In this document: one piece after another, positions 26,094 through 38,358 of the stretch
Layout: every line of letters starts with the position of its first letter
How positions within the stretch are numbered: the stretch's first letter is position 1
NCBI GenBank assembly: GCA_016748015.1
Contig: JAAOMT010000003.1
Location: 1,120,373-1,184,372 of the forward strand
Direction of reading: 5' to 3'
Origin: Geosiphon pyriformis uo1
Taxonomy: Eukaryota > Fungi > Glomeromycota
DNA length: 64,000 nt
Program-made: the position numbers and the translations under genes
The notes under the pieces: model-generated
Databases searched by the model: none
Seen by the model: the letters and a program-made list of their open reading frames with translations, nothing else
What the model was told of the DNA's origin: nothing

Positions 26094-29000
26094 ATGGTAT
26101 GTAATTTCGTAGCTTTTTAAATGCTCAGGAGACTTGGTTTTCTATAACAAGGGCTTTTGTAGTTTTTGAGTTAAATGAATTTTTGAATCATTACGTTCCT
26201 CACTTAAACACTTTTTTAATTAACCACAGGTGAACTTCACAACAGACCAGATACGTGCCCTTGTAAGTAAAATATCTTTGCCAACATCGGACATCTTTTC
26301 CAAAATTCGAAATTTTTTTTTATTCTCAAGATTAAAAATTTGGTCATCAAAAATCTATTTAGATGGACAAGGTTGCTAACGTGCGCAATATGTCAGTCAT
26401 TGCGCATGTAGACCATGGCAAATCCACACTGACTGATTCTTTAGTCTCAAAAGCGGGTATTATCTCATCAGCTAAAGCTGGAGAGGCTCGATTTACCGAT
26501 ACACGTGCTGATGAACAAGATCGTTGTATTACTATCAAGTCTACTGCCATCTCTATGTATTTTGAATTGCAAAAAGAAGATTTGCCGGATATTAAGCAGA
26601 AAACTGATGGTAATTAAATAACCTTTAAAGTTATTAGGCTCAGATTATACATGATCAGTCGGATCATGATTTGGCCTTTAGTTCTGTTTCAGTGCTCGCA
26701 TTTTTCCGGTTTTTGAATTTAGAAATCCAAATTAAAAATATATCCTATTCATTCTCTAATTTTTGATTGATTAAATTCTGAGGAAAAAAATTTTCCACTT
26801 GAACTTAATTAAAGAATGGAATCTATATTAAAAGAAAGATACTAATGTGCAAAAAAATTTTCAGGAAACGAATTTTTAATCAATTTGATCGATTCCCCCG
26901 GACACGTTGATTTCTCCTCTGAAGTCACTGCTGCTCTTCGTGTCACAGATGGCGCTTTAGTCGTCGTTGATTGCGTCGAAGGCGTATGTGTTCAAACTGA
27001 AACCGTCTTACGGCAAGCGTTGACAGAACGTATCAAACCAGTCGTCATTATTAACAAAGTAGATCGTGCACTATTAGAGTTACAATTAACAAAGGAAGAT
27101 TTGTATACGGTATGTGTTTTGAAAATAAAATGCTTCTTATTAAATCATCGCAAAGATCTTTTGATTGTTTAACGGATCATTTTTTATATCTAAAATCCTT
27201 CAAAAAGTCATTCCAACGTACCGTAGAATCGGTTAATGTCATTATTTCAACCTATTTTGATAAAATTCTTGGAGATGTACAAGTTTATCCTGAAAAGGGT
27301 ACGGTTGCTTTCGGTTCCGGTCTTCATGGATGGGGCTTCACCCTCCGACAATTTTCACAACGTTATTCAAAGAAATTTGGTGTGGATAAGGAAAAGATGA
27401 TGCAAAAACTTTGGGGTGAAAACTTTTTCAACCCAGCCACAAAAAAATGGACGACAAAAAGTACCACGGCAGATGGTAAACAATTGGAACGTGCGTTTTG
27501 CATGTTTGTCCTGGATCCTATCTTCAAAATTTTCGACGCTGTCATGAATTTCAAAAAAGATGAGACCACCAAAATGTTGGAAAAGCTCGAGATTGTCCTC
27601 AAGAGTGAAGAAAAAGACCTTGAAGGCAAAGCTCTTTTAAAGGTTGTCATGCGCAAGTTCTTACCTGCCGCTGATGCACTACTAGAAATGATAGTCATTC
27701 ATTTACCTTCTCCTGTTACCGCACAAAAATATCGTGCAGAAAGTTTATATGAAGGTCCCGCTGATGATGAATGTGCGATTGCTATCCGTGATTGTGATGC
27801 TAGCGGACCTCTAATGTTATACGTTTCAAAGATGGTACCTACCTCTGATAAAGGTCGTTTCTACGCATTTGGTCGTGTTTTCTCTGGAACTGTGCGATCT
27901 GGTCTAAAGGTTCGAATCCAAGGGCCGAATTATCAACCTGGAAAAAAAGAGGACTTATTCGTTAAGTCTATCCAACGTACCATCCTTATGATGGGTCGTT
28001 ATGTCGAACCTATCGAAGATTGTCCTGCAGGAAATATTGTAGGTCTTGTTGGGGTTGATCAATATCTACTAAAATCCGGTACAATCACAACTTCGGAAAG
28101 TGCTCACAACTTGAAAGTCATGAAATTTTCGGTATCTCCTGTCGTGAAAATCGCTGTCGAGGTCAAAAATGCCAATGATTTACCCAAACTAGTCGAAGGT
28201 TTGAAGCGTCTTTCAAAGTCTGATCCCTGCGTTCAATGCTACACTTCAGATTCTGGAGAACACATTGTCGCTGGTGCTGGTGAACTACATTTAGAAATTT
28301 GCTTAAAAGATCTGGAAGAGGACCACGCTCAAGTTCCCATCAAGACTGGTGACCCCGTTGTATCATATAAGGAAACGGTTCAAGCAGAATCTTCGATAGT
28401 AGCACTTTCCAAATCCCCCAATAAACACAATCGTATATACATGAAAGCCTTCCCAATGCAAGACGAGCTTTCGAAAGATATTGAGGCGGGAAAAGTTACT
28501 CCCCGTGATGACTTTAAAGCACGTGCACGTATCCTTGCTGAGGAATATGGTTGGGATCTTACTGATGCTCGTAAGATTTGGTGCTTCGGGCCTGAAACCA
28601 CTGGACCTAACTTGTTGGTTGATGTAACGAAAGGAGTTCAGTATCTCAATGAAATCAAGGATTCTTGTGTGGCCGCATTCCAATGGGCTACTAAAGAAGG
28701 TGTTTGCGCTGAAGAAAACATGCGCTCATGTCGCTTCAACATTCTGGATGTCACTCTACACGCTGATGCCATTCATCGTGGTGGTGGTCAGATCATTCCT
28801 ACATGTCGTCGTGTCATCTATGCTGCTTGCTTGACGGCTAATCCAGGCCTCTTGGAACCGATTTACCTTGTCGAAATTCAATGCCCTGAGGTCGCAATGG
28901 GAGGTATTTATGGTGTTTTGAACAGGCGTCGTGGTCATGTATTCGCTGAAGAGCAACGTCCTGGGACACCTTTATATAATGTCAAGGCCTATCTCCCTGT

Positions 29001-29475
29001 AAGTATGAATACGCGTGTCATTAAGTGAACATACGCCCCTTCTTACATTGTCGGCATATAAAGCCTCTCCAACTTTCCACTTTATATCTCGATTCTCCTA
29101 TTGTTCTTTCATTAATTTTATCACTTATCTTGCTGATTGGGCATATCCCATGGTTAACCTTTTCTCAATTCTATTTCCTTTATAGGTAATGGAATCCTTT
29201 GGATTTACCGCAGATCTTCGCTCAAATACTGGTGGACAAGCTTTCCCCCAAGCAGTATTCTCGCATTGGTTTGTTGCCAAACTCTATTTTTCGAAGCTTG
29301 ACTTGGGTTTTACAATTATTAATGACCATTGTTTTTACTCTTTACTTATAGGCAAATAATGAACGGTATTGCGAATGAACCTGGTAAAGTGAACGATATT
29401 GTCAAGGCCGTAAGGAAGCGAAAGGGCCTCAGTGAGGAAATCCCATCACTTGACAAGTATTTGGATAAACTGTAA
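26094..29475 (+). CDS. EFT2: Translation elongation factor 2
   Basis: M|[11 protein letters not shown]|[31 protein letters not shown], diphthamide loop [12 protein letters not shown], ends YLDKL*; TATAAAT at 25981 and a pyrimidine-rich leader. Confidence 0.99.
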
Positions 29476-29921
29476 TTTTAGACCATGTACCTTTACTATT
29501 TAAAAAAATCTCAAGAGATTCCGTGGAAGGATCAAAAATTCAGTCTCTTTAGATAAAATTAATTATTAGTTTTTATGAATTCAAGAGCTCAAAAATAAAC
29601 AGCTCGGAACAGCACAATTCTGTCAAGACCATGTTTTTTCGAGACATTACACATTGTAATAATAAAGAAAAAATTAAGTTTTGAAAAAAGAAAAAAGAAA
29701 ACATTATATTCGAATTTAATAAAACGTTAATTATTGTTTAATTTATTTTGTAGTTTTAAAAACACTTGTTACAATTTATTGTAATAAAAATATTTTAATA
29801 TTAACGGTTGGGCAAAAAAATAATTATAATTTTAAATTATTAAAGTTTTTTTTTTAGCTTGCTTATTTAATACTTTTTTACTTACAATAATTTTTAATTG
29901 TATTTTGAATAATTACCAAAA

Positions 29922-29954
<33 letters not shown>

Positions 29955-31290
29955 TTTGCATTAAAAATTAAGATACAACTATTACTTATTACAATATTAC
30001 AAAACTGTTCTAAAATAATTGTGGTTTATGAATTTTTCATACATGACCAGTTATCTAAGCTGATTAAAACTATATTATATTGAATTTATAAAAGAAAACT
30101 TATCTAATTTACTTAGTTTATTCATAATATTAACAAAACTATTGCTATTTGAAACCAAATTATTTATCTATTTAGCAGTTATATTTGTATTAAATTTAAT
30201 ATCAAAAGTTTAAAGCTTTTATATAATTATTAGTTTAGTATATGTTTATTATTTATATTACACTTTATTTTAAGATTAATTATCTTTTATTTAAATTACA
30301 AATTATTTTACCAAAATTGCTAATTTATTTTTTTATTATAAAAACTTTTTTATAATTAATAAAACAATATATTTAATTAATAAAGACAATTTTGTTAACA
30401 ATAATTTTAAAAAAGCCAACTTAAATTCAATTATAAAATAAATAAATTAACAATAAATTAAAAAACCAAAGAAAAAATAATTTTAACATAAAACTTCAAA
30501 TTGATTTAGTTAATTATATTAATAAAAAAAAAAAAAAACATCTTTTACTTAAAAAAAATTTTAATACTTAAAAAACATTAATAATTAAAGATTTTTTATC
30601 AAATATAATTTTTTTTTAAAATATTAATTTTAATAATAATAATAATATTTAAAAACCAAAAAATAAATTATATATTAAAAAATCAACTTATTAATTTTAA
30701 AAACAATATATTTAAAAAAATTATTTAACTTGATTTTGTAAATGTTTTTTAAAATAATAATTTTTTTTAATTGAAAAAAATCCTTATATTGTTTTTTTTA
30801 CAAAAATTAACCAATATAATAAAAAATATATAAAACTTAAAAAATATAATAATATATTATTATTAATTAATAAATTTTAATTTAACACTAAAAATTTTAC
30901 CAAAAACATTTAAAATTTTTAATATTATTTACAAAAATTTTTGGAAAAATATTATAAAAAACAATAATTACAAAAACAATACAAATTTAAATATTATTAA
31001 AAATTATGCAATTTTAAAAATAATAAAAATAAATAAATTAATAAATTTAATTTAAACAGCAATATTTAAAAATAGTTAAGATATAAATTTTATATAAAAA
31101 AGCTTAATATTGTTTTTAATAACCAATTTTAAATCAATAAATTTGTAAAAACTAAAAACAATTATAATATAAATTAATTTAATCTTTATAATTTTATTAA
31201 AAATAAAAATAAAAATTATTTATATAAAATTTTTTTAATAATTAAGAAATATTTTTTAATTATTATTAAAATTAATAAAATTTTTATTAT
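29922..31290 (-). mobile_element. Ghost LINE 3' region with (TAA)n tail
   Basis: Minus-strand GTTTTAATCAGCTTAGATAACTGGTCATGTATGAAAA (30027-30076) matches the LINE 3'UTR at 57024-57062; (TAT)n at 29922-29952; the rest is AT-saturated. Confidence 0.65.
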
Positions 31291-32361
31291 ATTATTGTCT
31301 TGTCAATCTCTTGGCCACTACAAGAGCAGAAGATTTTTTGAGAGAAATCACTTTATTTTATCCCTTTTTCTCTTGTTCTATTCAAGTCATTTCTTCTAAT
31401 ATAACCCCTTTCATCACGATGAAACCAGTAGGCTCATCTGCTAAAGCTTCTGATTCAGTTTCGGCTGGTTTGAGGACCTGTTTAAATGCTAAAAAAAATT
31501 GTTTGAATACCGTCTACTTCTGTGATATGTCCTACAAGAAACCAAAGAAGCATGTGGCTGGTATTATAGTTAATTTGTCTACAGGCCTTCTGAGCCTAGA
31601 AGATATCAGTAGTAATGGCATCAAGTTTGTAGTGTTTTGGGACAGCAAAGTTGGCAGTATTGCCAATAGCATAAGCAATCTATCAGATGTTAAAAATATG
31701 GTGAACACAGTAGTTGAAGAGACCAGCTATGCAAAATCAGATGAGGATGATGATATAAACAAAGTTACACCAAGGAAAACTCATACTCGAATGTATGTGC
31801 TAGAAAATCTGCCAAAGCAACCTTCTTTTAGCTGTATGAATGATGATAATAATGAGCTAGTAATTCCTCCTTGGGTGATTTTGGGATCCAATAAGCCGCC
31901 ACTGATTGAGTTACATGTCACAGATAAATAGAGCTTCAATTTATCAAAATTTTTTACACTTGATATTAATCTTTTAGCTGTACCTGATAGGACTGTTAGT
32001 AATAAGTTAATCTGTGTGAAAAAAAAATTTTATCAAGTAGATGGCTTTAGGAGAGCTTCTATTTCCTCAAAATTCCCAGGAATTATCAGATTCTCATTTA
32101 CTTCTGAATCTAGCATAAATAAGGCGAAAAAATTGGCTATCCATAAGAAAATTGTGGTAAATAATGATCTTAAAAGGGTTAGCAGCCATTCAGATAAGGA
32201 AATTGTTGTTAAAGAGATTTTGGTCGATCTTCTCAAATTGGCTGTAAAATCTGTTTTTTCTAAGTTTGGAAAAATTGTATCAATTAAGATACAATTGATT
32301 GGTTTGTAGCAGAAAGCTTTGGTAAAGTTTGAATCATTTAAAATAGCTAATTTGGTCACAA

Positions 32362-33346
32362 TGTTACCAGATGAAATTAGAGATATTATTTAACATGAAA
32401 TTATCTTATAATTCTTATCATTAATTAGCATATATTATCATTTCAAATAATCACTTATTACATTAGCAAAAATGTCCGAAATTATCATTTAATTAATAAC
32501 CCAAATTGTACACAACACAAATGTAACCTAATTGTGATGATCAATCATGCAATACCCTGAACTATGTAATATTTAGAAGTTCGCCGAAATTTGTAGAAAT
32601 TTGCCGAAATAATTGATAGTTCACCGAAATATCTAATAGTTCGCCAAAATAACTTGTAATTTGCCGAAATGTATCTTTAGTTCAGCAAAATTTTAGAAAA
32701 TAACAAAGTTCAAATTCATAGAATAGTGTTATGACAAGTTGTATAAAAGAAGAGCTTCTCTCTTCGAGAAAATGTATCTTACCTTAGATTTATCTCTTAA
32801 AAACCATTCCTATACACACAAAAAGAAATAAATATCAAATAATTCGAAAAAAAACCAAATTCTTTAATTATTGTACTTGAAAAATCCCCAAAACCCAATT
32901 AACATTTCGAAATTGATTAGCTACTAATTTCAGTAAACTGTTAGTGACTCCAGGCCTGGATAAAAAACGTTTCTCTTGACAAAATTCTATTTTTTTTACA
33001 TTTCTTTTATTTTCTTTTATTTTCTTATTACAATCATTGGGGTAGCCTACAGATGAGATTCCTGTAGAAGAGTTGACTTTCACAGCAAAGTAACTACACA
33101 TTTTTTTAGTGAGCTTCCAGATGAGCAATTTCTGGGAAAGAGTTGACGTTTACTACAACGTAACTACATAAAGCAATTGGCACGGAATTGGCCATTCCAC
33201 TCATAAGCCCAGCAAGTTCAAATTATAGGAGATAATTTGAAGATAAATTCAGTTACTGGAGGTTCAACCACATCCAGAAAATGTGAATTCACAGCAAATA
33301 AGTATCAACAACATTACAGAAAAGAGACCAAAAATCTTCGGTAACA
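32362..33346 (+). repeat. 5' LTR of Gypsy-1
   Basis: TG...CA ends, TATAAAAG at 32742, colinear with 40550-41534. Confidence 0.97.
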
Positions 33347-33365
33347 TTTGGTGCTCTCCCACGGA
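33347..33365 (+). promoter_or_regulatory. tRNA primer-binding site
   Basis: TT-TGGTGCTCTCCCACGG directly after the LTR, complementary to a tRNA ending ...GAGAGCA-CCA; tRNA identity not determined; same core at 51620-51638 (-). Confidence 0.8.
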
Positions 33366-33391
33366 AATAACACAGCAAAAACAAATTCAAA

Positions 33392-36300
33392 GTGACGACC
33401 ACACCAGACACAACTACTCTAGAATATTACCAATCAATTTACACCTACTGCAAGCAAAGATTCAACATTCCAGATGGAATTGAAGTTGTCAAGAAATCAG
33501 TATACCAATACATTGAAAATCACATCAACAATTATCTTTTTGGAAATTACAATATCTCAGAAGTTAAAAGCAATCTTTACAATAATTTAGCACATTATTC
33601 ACAGTTGGGAACTGAAGACCTTAATAGTGAAACACTTGCCACTTACTTTCACGAACTTAATTTTAACATTATCAAATACTGTGAAGAAACATATTCAGTG
33701 CAGTCTCAATACACTATTGATTTTGAATCGGAAACAGAAACAAGCAACAAAGGCAAAAACAAATTAAAGCAATATTCAAGAACCACCCCAAATACTCCAA
33801 CACTACCGAAAACAACTGCCAAATATTTACAAACATCTGAACAAGGAACCAGCTCAAAACTTCCACTTATTATCACACCTTTTCTAGCTTCACTTGCACA
33901 AGCACAAACACCTAATTCACCCTTGAATCGATTTGCAAAACCAGAAGATTTTACATCACTCAGAAGTCCCACCAGACAACAAGAACCCCTTCAAACTAGT
34001 TCCAATCTCCTTGATTTTCTAGCTGAAAATCAAAGTGAACACTCTGAGACAGCAGCAAATGAAGAAAACAACTCTGAAATAACTGAAGAAGAATCAATAG
34101 ACAGTGAAAACAAAGAAGACGAAATGACAACATATATCGCAAAAATCCCTGAATTCAATGGAGAAGATATTGAGACCAGTCTCCAAGAATGGCTCGATCA
34201 AGTTACTAAAGCTGGAGATGCAAATGGATGGAACGCTGCCAGAATGTTAAGAACAATTCCCTACTTTCTCAAAGGAACAGCANNNNNNNNNNNNNNNNNN
34301 NNNNNNNNNNNNNNNNNNNNNNNNNNNNNNNNNNNNNNNNCAATATTATCAAGTACCTGCTTGAAGACTGATTACACAAAATCAATTTACACCACAAAAC
34401 CGATACCAAGTAAACAACAGTAGAATCAGTTCGAACAACCAATTGGTTCCCCGAAATACCACTCAACCAAGATCCAACCATTACCACACTCAACTCAGTT
34501 ATTTAACAATGCCAGAAGAACAGGATTTTCACCATATTGCATCCTCAGAAGGTAGAGCTGCAGCCCAACAACAACAAAACCCTTCTCATAACCACACCAC
34601 TATTCCACCAGCCCGAATTACTGAAAATGCCAATCTTTCTGATATCTTTCCTTTTGAATTTGAAGCAAATGAATTACCATTTTTACTTAGCAATGCAACG
34701 GCTAATGAGCAAAAAGCCATCACTGCAATGTACGCAGAAGCTAAAGTAGAAGGAAAGCCAATTCACTTGATCCTAAACAGTGGATCTGTTGGAAGCATTA
34801 TTACCTACCAGTTAATGCAACAGTTGAAAAGAAATGTTGACCGACCAGCTCAAACAGTAATTGTCACTGCTGATGGCATGAAAAAGACACCAGTAGGAGA
34901 AATTGACAATTTTCTATTCACTCTTGATGGAATCACCATTCCAGTCAAAGTTCTTGTAATGGATGCACCCCAGTACCAAGCTCTCATCGGAAATGATTGG
35001 CTTTAAAAAGCCAATGCTAATCTGAATTGGGAAACACAAGAATTAACAATCTCTTACCAAGGACAACACGCCTGAGTACCTGCAATTTGTGGTACATTCA
35101 ACAAATGCTCTGAAAAAGCCCCAGCTTTTGAATTTGAACCAGAAGAAGAAAAACCAATAATCGAAACATTCATGGCTCTTGGATCAACGTCCAACTGGGC
35201 TGATGAAACAGAACAAGAACATTTTACCACATACACTAAACCCAAAACCTCTGGATGGAATATACCTTACTCAAAACCCAAACCAAGAAAACAACATCCC
35301 TATATTCCCCTTAAATATAAGAACTGCCACAAGAAACTATCATCAATGGGAGCCTGCATTTCACCTGAAGAAGAATATGAGAATCATACTTGTTATTACT
35401 GCAAAGCCTGCCACAGAGAGTCATGGGGCCATCTAATAAAAAGGAGCGGAAAATGGGACAACACTCCTTGTTTGACTTGTGGGGATATGCTACCAGAAGA
35501 ATGCAATTGGATTGATATAGCAATGAGAGGAGGCGTCTGCAATCAGACCTGCCAATATGCTTTATCAATTTCAGAAAAAGTAAAAAGAGGAACACCCTTT
35601 AATGCAGCATACAACAGTGCTTTCAACAAACTTTATTACTACCCTTATGATGCCAAGATGATTTTTGACTTAGCAATGGCATTAATTAATGGAGCTACCA
35701 AAGAAGATGTTCGTCAAATGAAGGAAGCAGAATACATTGAATACACTATGGAATTAGCTGGATTCAATTACGAAGATGAAATAGAAGTCTACCACCAAAT
35801 TGCAAGTCACACCTACCCAACTCAAGAAGCTCAAATTCAACGATTAGAGCAAATGAACATTAGGCTATGTGAAAAATGCATTATGCTTTGTGATGAACAG
35901 TGGTGTCCTGAATGCTATGCTCTTAGTATCCCCTTGCCCAGCGAGAATGATGAGAATGAAATTGAATTTGGAGAACCTGAAGAAATGGAAGAAATTGAAA
36001 CAACACCCATCTACCTTATTGAAAATCAGCCTGCCTTACAACTTAAATACTTCAACAACAATGGACAAGGAATAAAACCCAAAAAAGCACATGAAATTAA
36101 TGCTGGATATGACCTAAGATATCCAAGCAAGAATACTTTTGTTCTCAAACCCAAATCTCTCACAAAAATCAGTCTTAAAATTGCACTCAAAATCCCACCA
36201 GGAGCAATGGTTCAAATCGCCTTCTGGTCCTCTCTGGCAAGCAAAGGAATCAATGTCAGAGGAGGAATAATTGATGCTGGATATATTGGAGACATAACAG

Positions 36301-38309
36301 TGATGCTTCAAAATGAAACTGACAAACCATTCAAGATCGAACATGCTGAAAAAATTGCCCAAGCTATTTACCTACCCTTAATCAACATTTCAGGTTTGCA
36401 ACTAGTCAATCAAAGAGAACAATTAGGAAAAAGTGATAAAGAAACTCAAGGTTTTGGTTCAACTGGACGATTCACAGTTCCAGTTAATATAGCTCTTAAC
36501 ACACAGAACAAATCCCACCAGATTCTCAAACTTCCACAACCAATTACCATCTCACCCTTTGGAAAACATCCAGAAATTTACACTTGCACAAAGCCAACAA
36601 CCACACAACAAATTTTTGAGTCCAATGAACAAGTCTGCTTGAAACATAATATTTTGATCCCAAACATTTATATTCCAGAAGGAACAAAGAAAGTCCAAGT
36701 TACTTTTTACAACCCCAATAATTACCCCATAATTTTATTAAATAATTTAGAAATTGGAGTTATTCACAGTAATATATTTCAACAAGAATTACCCCAAACA
36801 GTCCCCGATTTCCCTGAAATTATTGGACATTCACTACTGAAAATCAACCCAAATTCTAGCTCTGAAAACTACCATGTTGTCATAGAAAAACTATCTCGAA
36901 TCAACATGGGACAACTTGAACTACAACAACAAACCCAGCTTAAAGAACTAATTGCAGAATTTGTTAATATTTTCGCCGAAAACAACAATGACTTAGGAAG
37001 AACTGATTTGGTTCAACACCAAATCTATACAGGAGATGCCAAACCCAGGCGACAATAAGCCTACCAAGTTGCTCCAGAAAGTCACCAATTTATCCGAGAA
37101 GAAATACAACGGATGCTTAACAATGGGCTTATTCAACCATCAATGAGCCCATAGGCCTCACCTGTGGTTCTAGTTAAAAAGAAAAATGGAAAGATACAAT
37201 TTTGTGTTGATTACTGACAACTCAACAGTGTCACTATTGGGGATGCCTACCCTCTTCCCCAAATTGATAACATGTTGGATGCTCTTGGAAAGTCCAAATA
37301 CTTTTCAACATTAGATTTAGAGAGTGGATACTGGCAAGTTGCTATGGATCCCAAAGACCGCCCCAAAACAGCATTCACCACTCAAGGAGGAAATTATGAG
37401 TTCAATGTAATGCCTTTTGGATTATACAATGCACCAGCAACATTCCAAAGACTCATGGATGTTGTTTACAAAGGCCTCCTTTGGAAATCAGTAGTAGTTT
37501 ATCTTGATGACACTGATGTTTATTCACCATTTTTCAAGCTATATTTAATTCACCTGTGAGAAGTTTTTCAACAATTATGGAAAGCAGGATTGAAATTGAA
37601 CATTGAAAAATGCTATTTCGGAAAGACAAGTTTAGCTTTTCTTGGTCACATTGTTAGCAAAGATGGAATTAAACCAGACCCCAGAAAAATCAGTACTGTC
37701 AAAAACTTCAAGACTCCACGAAATACCACAGAATTAAGAGGATTTATTGGATTAGCATCCTATTACCAAAAATTCATCAAAGGATTCTCAGAAATTGCAA
37801 AAACCCTCAACCAGCTCACTACGAAAAATGTCAAATACAAATGGACAAAAGAACACCAAAATGCCTTCGAGATACTCAAGGAAAAACTCACAACAGCCCC
37901 AATTCTCGCTTATCCAGACTTTAGCAACCGATTCCAGTTAGCAACTGACGCTTCTTATACTGCCTTTGGTGCCATCCTATCACAGTTAGATGACAATGGA
38001 AATGAGTGAGTAATTGCTTATGCTAGTAAAATATTAAAGCCAGCTGAAAAGAACTACCCCATAACAAAATTAGAAACTGCAGCAGTAATCTGGGCCCTAC
38101 ATCACTTCAACCTTTATCTCAGACCCAAAAAATTTGATATTATCACTGATAATATTGGACTTAAATGGCTTCAAAACAAAAACACCCAGCTGAATGCAAA
38201 ACAAACCCGATGGACAGGATTTTTAGCTAATTACCAATACATCGTACACCACAAACCAGGAAAACTCCACACCAATGTTGATTGTCTCTCAAGAATGAGG
38301 CAAGATTAG
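33392..38309 (+). pseudogene. Gypsy-1 Gag-PR-(Cys-rich)-dUTPase-RT-RNaseH polyprotein with nonsense mutations
   Basis: Gag IPEFNGED..EWL; PR LILNSGS (DSGS in copy 2) and IGNDWL; dUTPase AGYDL, GIIDAGY, KIAQ, GFGSTG; RT LDLESGYWQ, MPFGL, YLDD; RH LATDAS, LETAAVIWAL, NVDCLSR; all post-gap pieces lie in one frame. Confidence 0.93.
34283..34340. other. Assembly gap (58 N) in Gag; true gap probably several hundred bp
   Basis: Copy 2 has the Gag core, CCHC knuckle (CHYCGILEHWKCDC) and Q-rich tract at ~50000-50750, which are absent here. Confidence 0.9.
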
Positions 38310-38358
38310 AAAACAAAACCAACACCCATTTGAATTAACAGCATCAAAACAACAAACA

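Noticed and set aside
32580-32690. CRISPR-like repeat/spacer array
   Set aside because: Repeats and spacers are only ~10 bp, inside a eukaryotic LTR, with no cas genes
32754-32771. Heat-shock element in LTR (CTTCTCTCTTCGAGAA)
   Set aside because: Only two properly phased pentamers and downstream of the TATA box; more likely the initiation region
32868-33128. Antisense LTR ORF MLIWKLTKK... (also 41095-41316)
   Set aside because: Recurs only because the LTR is duplicated; runs through a TTTTCTTTTA repeat; frame not kept in copy 2
33050-33140. Hammerhead ribozyme (CAGATGAG...GAAAG)
   Set aside because: Core would need CTGANGA and a three-way junction; all LTR copies have CAGA and it sits in a simple hairpin
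34261-34445. Programmed gag-pol frameshift in copy 1
   Set aside because: The frame change coincides with the N gap of arbitrary length; post-gap sequence is in frame with PR
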